Shown here: positions 45,201-64,000 of the stretch, in pieces
Layout of the letters: each line of letters begins with the position of its first letter
How positions within the stretch are numbered: position 1 is the first letter of the stretch
Origin: the human T2T-CHM13v2.0 reference genome, Homo sapiens
DNA length: 64,000 nucleotides
Direction: 5' to 3' (one strand)
Assembly (NCBI RefSeq): GCF_009914755.1
Contig: NC_060935.1
Position numbers and translations under genes: made by a program
The notes under the pieces: generated by a model
Told to the model about the DNA's origin: nothing
The model's input: the letters and a program-made list of their open reading frames with translations, nothing else
Database searches by the model: none

Positions 45201-45379
45201 CTTTCATCATAGCTAAGATTTTTATCTGCAAACTGTTCCAGAAGGGTTCGTTCTACTACCCTTTTGGGTGCTTCATTTTGGAAAAAGTAGACAAGGACAT
45301 GCTGAAGTCGAGGATCACTGTGAGAGGTGGGGGTCTCTTTGGCAAGCTGATAGAGCCTGGAGTATTCTTCATGGAATGC
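45201..45379 (-). CDS. USP28: USP28 exon 20 (179 nt)
   Basis: [59 protein letters not shown]; AG/GT. Confidence 0.95.
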
Positions 45380-45592
45380 CTATTAAGGGCAGAATCAATG
45401 GTTAGAAAATAGTGTGCTGTGGGCTTCTGCACACAGAAATTGATGCCTAGGAGCTAGGCAGTCTCTTGACTCTAAAAAGACTTCTAAAAAATTCATATCG
45501 AATTACAAAAACAACTATGGAATTTTTAAGTTTCTTGCATTTCATAAGGGATGAAACTCTTTTAGCATTCCGGCACCAAAAACATACTGTAC

Positions 45593-47706
<2,114 letters not shown>

Positions 47707-48282
47707 TTGTCAATGATTTTTTTTTTAAATACCCCACAGAAAAAAAACAGAAATCTGAGAGAGACAGAATTCATTATTGTTTATGTGCAGTGCAACTGAA
47801 GAGGAGACAGACAACAAACAACTTGGGGTTCTATAGCTTCTTCCTATAGAATTCCTTTACAATTAAAAATAACTTCAATCCACATTTGTTTAGCTCACTG
47901 GACAACTGAAAAATTTATATCTGGAGGTAAAACAATGGACTAATATCCAAAAAAAAGATTCCCTATTTTAAATTAGAAGGCAATCTTTTGTCCATAATAC
48001 CAAAAAGGGAACTTAATTTTACTTTTCTGAGCCATCTAGACTCTGCAGTGGCCCCATTAAGTATAAGCCTGGGTAGATATACATATGCTGGGAGCGCTAT
48101 ACAATAGAAACATGGCTATCTTTTAAATAATGGTAACTAAGGTCAAAACCAAATAGGCTTTCTTGACAATCATTTTTTGCAACGAGAAAATATCAGCTAT
48201 TGGCAGATACCTTAATATAGTCACAAGAGAAGGAAATATAAGACTGACAACAAACAACTATATCCTGCACTCATCTCTGTAC

Positions 48283-48468
48283 CTCCTCATCATATCCATC
48301 TGCATCAGATCTAACCAGAATCCTTCCCACACTGGGAATCTCGACTTCAGAGACCTCAGAATTAGGCTGGGCAGTAGACTCTGCATCATTAGCCTTTGGG
48401 GGCTGTTCTGACTGCTCTGCAAGGTTTGTTTCCTGGGGCATGGGCTTCTTGGGTTCAGCTTCTTTAAG
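48283..48468 (-). CDS. USP28: USP28 alternative 186-nt cassette exon (62 aa; '19a', muscle/heart-type isoform by recollection)
   Basis: CCACAG|LKEAEPKKPMPQETNLAEQSEQPPKANDAESTAQPNSEVSEVEIPSVGRILVRSDADGYDEE|GTACAG; open, phase 0-0; not shown in this frame in the ORF track. Confidence 0.85.
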
Positions 48469-48629
48469 CTGTGGCAGCAGAGTGGGGAGAAAGAGTAAGA
48501 AAAAACAGGAGAAATAAATAGGGGTTGGTTAAATGCAGCAGAGACACAGAATAATAGAAATGTGAGAAAACTGGCCATCGCTGCTGAAAGCCCGGCTCTC
48601 CTGAACTTGGGCTTCCCAGTCATTCTCAC

Positions 48630-48769
48630 CTCACTCAGTGCCGCTTCTACACCGCTCTTCTCATAGGCACGGGCTGTGTTTGCAATAGCCTGGGCAGTTT
48701 GCTCCTTTACAATCACAGCATGCTCAGATGACAAGCAGCGAACCCCATGAGAAGAGGCTACTGAAGGCT
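48630..48769 (-). CDS. USP28: USP28 exon 18 (140 nt)
   Basis: PSVASSHGVRCLSSEHAVIVKEQTAQAIANTARAYEKSGVEAALSE; AG/GTGAGA. Confidence 0.95.
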
Positions 48770-49394
48770 CTGATAAAGAATTGAACAAAGGTCTTAGCAT
48801 CTAATGATAAATAGTCTAGAACACTCAGATAAAAAGCAAGCAGAATGTATACAGTTTAATATACAACCCTGTTAACACAGCTTTTTACAAAAGCCTATGC
48901 AGATTTTCCCTAGAAATTAATAACTATAAGAAATGGCTACTTCAGCAAGAACTCTATTGATAAAGTCTGTAAACTTTGAACCCACAGATGATTCTGTAAA
49001 ATTTAATGCACTCCCAACTTTGTCATATTTCTATCCATTAAGAAAACTTTCTACAAACAAGCATCTTTTAGGAAGATCACCTTTGGAGAATGGTTTTCAT
49101 AAAGTCTACCTATTAACCCTATCATAGTTTCTCCCATAACCTGGGAAATAAGCAAAACTATATACACAGTGAAGGTCACAGGTAGTTAGTCTTTCTGATA
49201 CTGCTTCTGTTCATCAGAAATCACATTCTAATGCCACAATTCATTCCATCAGGTTGTACCTGGCATACCAACTGTATATGAAATATACTGTGAAGACTGT
49301 GGCATCACCTAGCCAGCTGAAGGGTATAGGGCTGGCTAGGGGAGTACAGCATGAGATGTTACTGGATCACTGGCATAAATGCCTTCTCAGATAC

Positions 49395-49586
49395 CTTGTG
49401 ATGTAGAGTAGTCCTGTGATGAGGAGTTGGTGGAGGACTCCATTTGAGGGATTTTGCAAGACTGCTCTTCTTCCCACTCCTCTACTTCCTGCTCAAACCG
49501 CCAGTTATCCTCCTGAATGTAATGCTTGAGTTCCACAGATAGGGCTTCCACTTCTGACATTTGATCTGATTCAGTTGGGGCTGCCT
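49395..49586 (-). CDS. USP28: USP28 exon 17 (192 nt)
   Basis: AAPTESDQMSEVEALSVELKHYIQEDNWRFEQEVEEWEEEQSCKIPQMESSTNSSSQDYSTSQ; AG/GT. Confidence 0.95.
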
Positions 49587-49721
49587 CTGAGGAAAAGCAA
49601 AGATAGAGTTAAAAGGTCACAAGGAACCAAAACATCCTTTTTAGAAAAGAAGAAAGCAGGGTATTTCATCTTTATCTTACTCCTAACTAAAAATACATGC
49701 ACATAGAATCCATCAGAAATG

Positions 49722-49975
49722 CAGGCTGAGTATCTCTTATCCAAAATGATTGGGACTAGAACTGTTTTGGACTTCAAATTTTTTTCATATTTTAGAAAAT
49801 CTGCACAATTAGTTATAGTTGAGCATCCCAAATCCTAAAATCCAACATCTGAAATTCAAAATGCTCCAATGAGCATTCCCTTCCAGCATCATGTAATGAA
49901 AAAGGCTCATAAAGTTTTGTGGATTTTGGAGCATTTGGGATTTTGGATATTCACATGTGGGATGCTCAACCTGTA
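49722..49975. mobile_element. Tigger4/MER46-type DNA transposon
   Basis: CAGGCTGAGTATC.CTTATCCAAAATG... and inverted end GGATGCTCAACCTG. Confidence 0.7.
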
Positions 49976-50082
49976 TGGACAATGTAAGGGCAACAATTGA
50001 TAACAGTGCCTGACATTTAGTAGGCACTCATTAAACATCTGCTAAGTGAATGAATAACACAGAGTTAAAGATATGGAAAGTG

Positions 50083-52040
<1,958 letters not shown>

Positions 52041-52608
52041 ATTTAGTTATTCTCCAAAGGGTGCAAAAATATATGTACTATCAGCACCATAAGATGGGGC
52101 AAGAAAAAAAAAAGATGTCACTAAAAACAACAACAACTAGAGAATTAGTCTATCTACGAGTAAATTTTAAAAATACGTATATTCCACACAATGAATTACT
52201 ATATAGTTGTTAAACAGTTAAGATTCTTTTACTAAAAATATAGAGATTGCTAAATACTCGATTAATGAAAAAGGTTCAGAGTTGAATGGAAAAATAATCT
52301 ACTTGGGGAAAAGGGGGAGGGGAAGATACAGATAAATAGAATCTAGCATATGTATACAATGTGTCTTGAAGACTACATAAGAAACCTAACATTGTGTACT
52401 TGTTGGGAGTGGGACCCATGGTCAAGGAAGAAAGTAGTAAAGCAAACTTGTTTTTCCTTTTCATTTCCTTTTATACTGTCTATATTTTTTAAATCTATTA
52501 TTATATAATAGTAAGTTGTAAATTTTTTAAAAAGCAGTACAAGACTGTTCTTCTCCCTGAGCAGTACAGATTTTCCCCAATCTATAGATTCTGCCAAGAT
52601 ACTTTTAC

Positions 52609-52837
52609 CTGCATTGAAGTAGGGTAGTTTGTCATTAATGTACATCAGACAGTAAGCACTAACATTTCTCAGGCCTCCATAGGAATCTCTTTCAACTTCT
52701 TCCCAGGAAGATTCAGTAACAGAGATGTCATTGTACTTGAGCCAGCTCTGTCGGGGTTGATTATAGATATAGGCCCAATAGTGTCCAGCATTTGCTTGTC
52801 CTTCATGAACAAGAACTGCATGCAAGCGATAAGGCAC
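52609..52837 (-). CDS. USP28: USP28 exon 16 (229 nt), catalytic His box
   Basis: [41 protein letters not shown]; USP His/Asn motif. Confidence 0.97.
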
Positions 52838-54217
52838 CTGTAAGTCAGAATGTACATTCCCCAGTCAGGTGAAGCAAAGTAATCTGATAAAGTTTAGGTT
52901 ATTAAGAAATTACTGTTTATGATGTGATTAATGTGGGGTTCATATTAAAACATCTTGTTGATTCAAGATGAAGTCCACAAAAACACAGCCTTGGAATTGA
53001 TCAATTATGTCTCAGTTCCAAAACCTTGAAAACCAGATCGCTGAACTACATGACCTCTCTGAAGACTCTTTCAACTCTAAACTCCTCAGATCTAAAACCA
53101 AACATAACCTAAACATATGCATCCTTCTAATTCAAAACTCTGTTTATCTAAAAATAGAATCACCTTGACCACTCATGCTGAAAATGCTTAGCATATTTGG
53201 GACCTACAAAGGTTAGCAGCTATTTTGTTCCATGCCTATTTTATTTGGCAACAAAATTTAAGTTAACATATTTAATTCAGCCACATGCTTCTTAGAGTTA
53301 AGTGACCACTTATCTATCTGGAGTGAAGACCCTTTTAATGACATACTTGTTTGTTACAACATTTGAAAAGCACATTTGTGTATTTTCAATATAGAGAAAA
53401 TAGAGCAATGCTTAAATGCTAACTAAATACTAGTAAAAGAGATGAAAGTCAGTCACAGAATCAAATTAAATTTACACTTACTTTGACCTATTTTAATTAC
53501 TGGTGAAGATTTTTGAATTAACACAAAAGAAAAAATGGGGAAGCCTGCGTTTTACATGGTGCATTCCTGTTAAGCAATGGGACTGTGCCTCAATGCCATT
53601 CTAGAAACAGGGCTCCCCTCCTCCAAGCCATTCTGCCCATTCCAGTCATTCATACAGAAGCCACTGAAAGTCCATGCCCCTAACCAGAATAGGTTCAGAG
53701 ACACTCCTGGAGGCTCTTTACCCCTCCATTCCCAGAATTTATTCTAACAAACACTTCTGTGGATAGTTAAGAATTTCTGTCCTAACTCTCTTTTGGAATT
53801 TATTATTACAGAAATAAAGCTTGAACGCATGTTGTTAAATTAAAGATCTTGAAGAATCATGGAACTTTGGGAAAGAAAGGATAACTGTTCTCTAGTTCAG
53901 TTTTTCCCACTGCACTACTTAAAGTACCATTTTGTAAGTAATTTTTATTAGTATCTGACAGCAAACCTTTCTACAATATGAAAAAATTCCATGTGGCAGA
54001 ATTCAAACAAGTATGTGTTAGGTCCTGTTTTTGGTAAAAGGTATATTGCTTTCTTTAGCCTAAAATAAAGAAACAGAACAACATCAATTTATATCTTAAG
54101 TTTATTCTTTTATCTTAGGGGGATTCCCATTGGGTTTAAAAGAAAACTATCAAATTTGATTTTTGTATCTACCATTAGCACATGCCTTGACTACTTTCCC
54201 ATCAATTTTCATTCTAC

Positions 54218-54288
54218 CTGACGAAGGAGAGGATCGCAGTACATCTGTTCAATAGTCTGAGTAGTACTTGCAATACAAGTCTTTAAAT
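54218..54288 (-). CDS. USP28: USP28 exon 15 (71 nt)
   Basis: LKTCIASTTQTIEQMYCDPLLRQ; AG/GT; phases consistent. Confidence 0.92.
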
Positions 54289-54975
54289 CTGTTTGGAAAA
54301 AGAAAAACAAAAGCTTCACTAAAATGATCTCATTCTATGTCACACAGGCTACTTTAACTAAGCAAAGAATATTGCTAGGGTCCTAATGATTTCAGCTTCC
54401 CTCTATGAACCACGAAGCAATATACAGTTTTAAAGCAGCTAGTACTTTAGGTTATGAAAGCTTTTAGTTCAATATAATTACATTAAGGTTTTAAAACATT
54501 ATTTTTTATAATTGCCAAAATTTCTTAAAGAGTAAGCTGTTTAGGAAAAGATCTTAATGGGTCACTTGGCTGTAAAATGTATGCCTCAGACAGGATCTGA
54601 AATGAGAAAGCAGAACAAAGGGTAAGGCTAAATTTCTCTGAATAGGAATCTGGGAAGAATCTGTATTTTCCATCATCTTTTTGTTCCCTAGACAAAAGGA
54701 GACAGGAAGGGGGGTAAGGTTAGTCTGAGCAATATGGGCAATGAGGTCAAAGGGCTTTTTAAGAATACAATGCTGAATAATCCAATTTTACATTGTGCAT
54801 ACTGCTCAAATACCTCATTAACCTTCAGTAAAGCATGCTTCCTATAGAAAAGACTGAAGAGTAGAAGTCCAGAAAAGCTAAATGCTAAATCTGGGTCAAC
54901 TTAAGCTGGAGTTCAGATAATCTACCACAGAAACAGAAATCAGTTGATGCAGAAAAATCTCAGCAAAGGTGATCA

Positions 54976-55491
<516 letters not shown>

Positions 55492-55505
55492 TTAAAAGAG
55501 CCAAC

Positions 55506-55714
55506 CTTGTATATCTTGTTCAATCTCACTCCTCCATCTCTGAAGACAGGTCTTAACAAAATTTATCTCCTCATCTGTGACTGTTCGTGGAGCTGGCTGT
55601 GAAGGCATTTCCATGGAAGACCGAGAAGATGTCAGTGGTTTAGACTTGGGTAAAGAATCTTCAGGAGAAGAAAAGGTACTTTCAACATCCTGAGAAGAGC
55701 TTTCTGTACTTGTA
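55506..55714 (-). CDS. USP28: USP28 exon 14 (209 nt)
   Basis: TSTESSSQDVESTFSSPEDSLPKSKPLTSSRSSMEMPSQPAPRTVTDEEINFVKTCLQRWRSEIEQDIQ; AG/GT. Confidence 0.95.
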
Positions 55715-56566
55715 CTGAGGAAGACAAAAATCATGCTCATATGATAATTTCCAAAAGATACCTTGGCCTAAATTATGTACTTTGGAAAGCAAGATGCTAT
55801 ATGAAAAAGTACAGGTATTCAGTGAGCATTAACTCTATAAAGGTACAGAGCCAACCTTTTTCTCTATCATCTCACGTACCACAACTGGCCTGTGAGGTAG
55901 ATACTTTTCTATCCCTATTTTACCAACTGTGAGCCTAAGGTTTAAATAAATTAAGCAACATGCCCAAGTTCACCAAGCTGGAAGGTAATGAAAATGAATC
56001 CAAAGCCAGATCGGCCAGTCTTTAGCTCATGTTCTCTGATCACTGATTATTCCTTCCCATGAGGATGGGAAGAGAAGGAAAATGGAAAAGAGAAGACTAG
56101 GCCTGGAAGAATCAAGGAATCAACTACAGAGTTTACAAGATGAAGCCAACTAAAGTGACACTATCCTTCCTGGAACAAAATACACAGAAGGAAGAAAAAG
56201 GAAGCATCAGCTGAACATACAACTCACAGGAATACACACTAGGTGACACCTTGGAGAGTTCTGAGAGAAGGGCTTCAAGTCAAACAATCCTAGCTCTACT
56301 ACTTTAGCTAAATACCCAAGGAAAAAAGTATTAATATCTCATCTACAAAATATAAATCTTAAGTTCTTTACGTCTTTTCTGTAAACTAACAGAGAATAAA
56401 GCATATCAAGTAAATGTTAATTTCTCTATTGTCAGAGTAAAACTGCAGGTCAACAAACCAGCAGGAATATAAAATAAGCTTCTAATTGTAGTTAGGTTTC
56501 TCTTTTACACCAAAGCTGAAGAATATAAACTTCCTTTACTTTGACTTAAAAAAAAACTCTCACTCC

Positions 56567-56876
<310 letters not shown>

Positions 56877-57989
56877 TCACTCCCTCCTCCTCACTCTCTC
56901 ACATGCACAAAATAATGGAGGAAATCTCTTTTCCCTAAGGTCCATACTTATGGAAAAATAAGCCCAACAAGGGAACAGATATCTCAATTTCAGAGGAGAT
57001 TACACACATACACCTCCCTGTAATTTTTAAATCTAATACCAAGCACTATTATTTTATTTGATTAAATAGCCTGCCGAACCACTTTTTAAAAATTAAAACT
57101 TTACATTTCATAATATACATAAAAAGATTCTATTTTTACAAAAATTAAAAAATTTAAGTAGAATATAAAAAGTGAAAGAGCAGCCCCACTCCTATCCCCA
57201 GACTCATGTCACTCCTTAGAGATAATCATTCTTGACATTTGGTATGTTCTATCCAAATAAGCATTTCTATGCATACATGGATGAATAAATATTAATACGT
57301 GGGGCGGTGGCGGGGGATGTGTTGGGGAGAATAGTTAAGATTTTTTGACAAAAAAGTCTAACTTTTTATTGAGTATTAGTGTTTTTATTAGCCAGGTAAC
57401 ACATATCAAATGTCCTAGCTACCTTTCATGGCTCCTCTAGGCAATAAAGATTGTTGCACATGACTGGATGGAATAAAATCAGAGGGCTCCTGTGACTTTG
57501 CCTCCCTCTGCCTTTACTAGAGAAGCCCCTCTAAGCTGTCCTCTTATTTCTAGCCAGTTCTTTTTCAAGTACTAATTTTCTATTCAAGAATAAGTCTCTC
57601 TTTCCTTGATGTTTCTTAGTCATGCATACTTCAAGTGTGTGAGCATGAGATGTTTTGGAAGAGCAGGGCTTGAGGTTTCCTCTGAGAAAGGCCTTTAATG
57701 GCAGCTGGCTTGTAGTTCAAAACAAGGCATCACTGGGTGGAGCCTGAACACTATCCTGAACAGTTTGAGAAGCCTCTGAAATAACCCAACCATTCTACGG
57801 ATAAGACAAATGCACTGGTGGGCCCACTCCCACCCAAGTGACAGTCAGCAAAACCCTTCCCTTTAAGACAAAGAGCTCACAGCTCCTGTGCTCTTATAGG
57901 TGACTGTCAATCAAGTACAAAGATGGTGCATAGTTTAAATTATACCAGAAAAACAATACATACCATTAAAAAAAAAATGTTTTCATTAC

Positions 57990-58169
57990 CTTTCCTTGGA
58001 TGTCTGGTCAGAAACCGAGCAGTGCACTGAAGAAAGTGGTAATGTCATATGTGTGTCACTTTCAGGTGGACAGCTTTCTGAGGCAGGTTTTGTACTAGCA
58101 AATTCAATAACATATTTCAGCATGTCCGGGAGCGGGAACCGAGCTGGGCCTGAGCCATATTTCACATAC
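57990..58169 (-). CDS. USP28: USP28 exon 13 (180 nt)
   Basis: YVKYGSGPARFPLPDMLKYVIEFASTKPASESCPPESDTHMTLPLSSVHCSVSDQTSKE; AG/GT. Confidence 0.95.
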
Positions 58170-58439
58170 CTAAGCGACAAAGACAGTGGTACTCTACTGC
58201 CCAAGGCTGTTTTGTATTTTAAGAGTCGCTGACAAAAGATCTGTTTATCACAGCAAGTCAATGGAAAGGCTTATTCCTAGAGGCTATACAATATTTAATA
58301 GGGTCCTCAAACAATCTATAGGGTAAAAATTCTCTAACTACAAAACTAAAAATTGCCAACAATCTGAAGTTTTATATCTGGCAGGAAACATTTCAAATAG
58401 GCTCCTAATCAAAGTCATGCCAGTTACACTTTCTCATGA

Positions 58440-60306
<1,867 letters not shown>

Positions 60307-60323
60307 AGACTAAAAACCATTAA

Positions 60324-60456
60324 CCCATTTATGCGTAGTGTTCCATTATTGGAATGCTAAGCTTGTGGGAGTTAAAATTTAATATCCTACTGCTCAAGGT
60401 CATTGCCAAGGTCTTATTTTTCACCAAAAAAATTTGCAACCTCCAGCATAAATGAG
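60324..60456 (+). mobile_element. MER85 piggyBac MITE
   Basis: TTAA|CCCATTTATGC...GTTCCATTATTGGAAT..GCTCAAGGTCAT.GCCAAGGTCT...GCATAAATGAG|TTAG: terminal inverted repeats plus TTAA-type TSD. Confidence 0.88.
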
Positions 60457-61029
60457 TTAGAAACACTTTACAAATTCTTTTTTAACCTACCAACTGGGAC
60501 CTACATGAAATAAATCCTCTATAGCCTTAGGAAAGAGACTGCTTTCCTAAATCAGAAAAGTTGACTTCCAAGCTACTGTCTTACCTCCACTGCCTTAGAA
60601 CCCAAAGGAGAACTAAACCTCACCTGCAATGGCACCTCTGGCAGTCAAGTAGGAAGAATGAGCAATGTCCTGAAACAGGCTAGATGCAGACTGTGAGCCA
60701 AAAGCAGAGGTTGTGTTAGGAATGGGACCATATAATTTATTATCAAACCAGGATACTTCTGAGAGTGAAAGAAGGTGCTGTTAATTACTCAAGAAGAAGA
60801 GGCACAAAATGAGCCATATAGCCACTCTAGTGATCAGGCACTTTGGGAAACTACATTTCTCAGTATGCCCTGTCCCTTGAAATTCAAAACGCTTCACTGG
60901 CACAGCGCACCCTGGGACCTAGGGATAGCACCATGAAAGAGGTAAAAGACACAGGGCTGGTTCTGACATGGAGGCGCCCTCCTTCCATGGGACACTTAAC
61001 CAGACACAGGACATAACACCAGAGATGGA

Positions 61030-62320
61030 ATTTCAATGGATATTAAATCTAGAGTAGAACCTTTCTCTTGCCAACAATTTTAGCTTCCAAAGATGTGGAA
61101 CTAGTTGAGATGTCCATTGGTCCACTGCCCTATTTCTCCTGGTGCTGCTTCTGCCTCCCCACGTCACCAACATCCCCATTGTCACCAGTCTTTCGGGGAA
61201 TTCTGGGCAAGGTGTTCTTCCCACTTGAGTTCAACCAATTTGTATAGCTCCATGGTAGCCTGGGTGTCTTCCACAGAGGAATGCCTATTTTCCCAACCCA
61301 GATGTCCCAATTCAGCAGATTCTTGATGAGATGCTTCAAAGACATGGTGACGTTCACTGGGCAATCAGCCTTCCAGTTGGGGAGGAGAAGGGGGATATGG
61401 GAGTTGTCACTGGTGAGGGACTTGGGATGAAAGTACTGGGGCTTTGAAGTCATTGTGGATGGCATGTCCACCACCATCTTCCCTGTATCTTCAATATATG
61501 CCATGAGCAATCTTGAAGAGCATGGCATTCACCATGTGCTGCTTCTGGACACCACTCCACCTGGTCTGGCAGTCCACAGTGTGGCCGGGGGGAAGGATGT
61601 ACTCGTTATGAAGCACATCTCCGCTGTAGCTGACAGTGCTACATGGAACCAAGAAAGTAACATGCCCCTTGGGTCCTGTGTCCAGCATCTCACAGCCAAT
61701 TGCCACTATTCTTCCTTGGCAACTTCTGGGATGCTCCAAAGCATTTATTCTGAGTGAGCTTGGGTAGAGTTCTGTGGGGCGCTGAGCTGAGAGGATTTGT
61801 TCTGGAGGCCTTTCTTCTGGGAGTGGGTCGGGTGGCTGTTAATCTTTAGAAGGGCACCTCCAGCAAATCTACTTAGCTGCAACAGAATCAGCATTCTTTG
61901 AAGGGGCAGGGGACAGCCATGACACCGCAGCTTTCCTGTCCAGGGACTCTTCTGACACACTGCTGGAGGCAGCTGCCTTCTTTTCTGGGAAGGGAGGGGT
62001 CTTCCAAGTGCCATGCACCCTAGGAGTTTCCTCTTTCTTTGGAGGTTCTGAGTGCAACTTGGGTGTCTTGCTAGGGGGCTGGTTCTTTTTATTCAGAAAG
62101 CCTCTCTGTTCCAAAAGTTGCCATTTCTTAACAAAATTTTGTGCTTGGCAGTTCTTTCTAATGCCTTTTTGGGAGGAGGTTCCACCAAATCCCGATTGAG
62201 GAGTCAGGTAGACATGGGGACAGTGGGTGGTGGAGGGTGTGAGGGTGGGGTGGGGGAGTGGGGGAATACGTTCCCTGGCCCCTCTAGCTTCATGAAGGTA
62301 CAACTCGAAGGTCTCATTTT
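61030..62320 (-). pseudogene. ISG20L2 processed pseudogene (CDS homology 61182-62215), sense within USP28 intron 12
   Basis: ATG 62215; fragments [76 protein letters not shown]; several frameshifts and stops; intronless; outer ends approximate. Confidence 0.9.
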
Positions 62321-62501
62321 ATTTTAAAACAAAAGTATTATCATGCTAAGGAAAATGCTCCTATACTCTATTTTAAAATAAAGAATACCCTGTTGTCTCC
62401 TGGTAAATTGGTATTTTTGAACTATAAAACATCAGGTATTCTCATTTCTTTTATGTTGTTGTGAAAAGATGGGGTCTCTTATGTTGTTGTGAAGAGATGG
62501 G

Positions 62502-62940
<439 letters not shown>

Positions 62941-63932
62941 TGGTATGGTTGGTTCTATAAAAATAATTTAAAATTTCCAGCCTTACAAAGTATCACTAAA
63001 ACTTAAAGGTTTAGTAAAATACTAACAGACTTAAAAGTCCTGAAAATCACTTCCAGGACAGTATTTGAGGAACTGGTTTTCAGCTTAAGTCTCTATAAAG
63101 ACAAATGACTAGTCACAATACATCTTGTATAAGCTCTTCTGGAGTGAGAGTGGAAGCTGCAGTGGTAGCGGTGGGGGTACAGTGCAGGGTCCATCTTAGG
63201 CCTGGTATGGAAAGTGTTGCCCTTCAGGGAAATTAATGGCCTAATAAGGGAGTAGGTGGAGGTGTGGTGGTCTTAGAAAGAAAACTGTTAAGTGGATAAA
63301 GGGAGGAGAAGCTATTGACTGTGTATGGGATCTCTTTCTTAAGCGCAAAATCAACGGGATCTATCTAGACGAGAAAGAAATTAAACTGACTCCTAAGGAA
63401 ATTACAGAAAACCATTCTACAGAAATAGTGTAAAACCAACAATCAAAAAAGTGAAAATTCCTCCAAAAGAGAAAGAACTTTGTATGCATCAGAAATATTA
63501 GCCCTTTTAATCAGTTAGCACTGCTCTAGGTAGAAAAGCACTGTTTTTTATCTTTCTTAGACACTTCAGAAACTGCTTTTCCAAAAGTGGACGGGACCAT
63601 CGTGACACTTGCTTCTCTCATGTTTGTGAAAAAGATGGCAAGGGGAGTAGAAAAAAAGTCTATAAAATCAGAACTCAGTTTCTCCTTGGTACACTGCAGT
63701 AACTAACTGTGTGACTCTGAGTCACTTCAGTAGTCTGGGACTATTATTTACCCCCATGAATAATACTAGCTGATCCTGAAGACTGCTTCACACTTAGACA
63801 AAAAATTTTCTTAGCTGTTTTATAAAATATTCTAGTTAATATTTAAACGTTGAGTTAATTTTTAAAGAAAAACAAATTATCTGTTTTTAATATTCTTTTA
63901 CATTTCTAAGCATGAAGGTGTCCAAAACTCAC

Positions 63933-64000
63933 CTTTCCAATTTTTGCTGCAGAATTTTTATTTCCTCCTTCAACTTTCGAATACACTCTCTCTTATTTCG
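63933..64000 (-). CDS. USP28: USP28 exon 12 (partial, runs off the window)
   Basis: RNKRECIRKLKEEIKILQQKLE then GTGAGT donor. Confidence 0.9.

Noticed and set aside
48258-48800. 180-aa ORF spanning USP28 exon 18, the intron and the cassette exon
   Set aside because: The 161-nt intron is not a multiple of 3, so the cassette is read in the wrong frame; explained by the two real exons.
63121-63370. G-rich intronic stretch considered as a small pseudogene or RNA gene
   Set aside because: No recognisable homology, terminal repeats or RNA-gene motifs.

Overview
Human (primate) genomic DNA, recognisable from protein sequence as the ZW10–CLDN25–USP28 interval (11q23.2 by recollection). It holds ZW10 exons 1-5 and its CpG-island promoter (minus strand), the single-exon CLDN25 gene (plus strand), and USP28 exons 12 (partial) to 25 with the 3'UTR (minus strand), including two in-frame cassette exons of 186 and 96 nt. 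Retroposed sequences include a full-length COX7A2L processed pseudogene in ZW10 intron 1, an ISG20L2 processed pseudogene in a USP28 intron, a HERV-K(HML-2) LTR5 solo LTR upstream of CLDN25, a piggyBac MITE (MER85), Tigger/MER DNA transposons, L1 fragments and roughly 45 Alus. The most unusual structure is a ~2.8 kb compound retro-insertion (29293-32097). One TSD-bounded insert, polyadenylated on the MINUS strand, carries an SH3GL1 retrocopy fused to an LRRC37 exon fragment, both reading on PLUS. A full-length ATF4 retrocopy with its own TSD sits inside it. All gene and repeat family names come from recall, not database search, and repeat boundaries are approximate. I see no convincing new protein-coding system; most short ORFs in the track are Alu/L1 artefacts.
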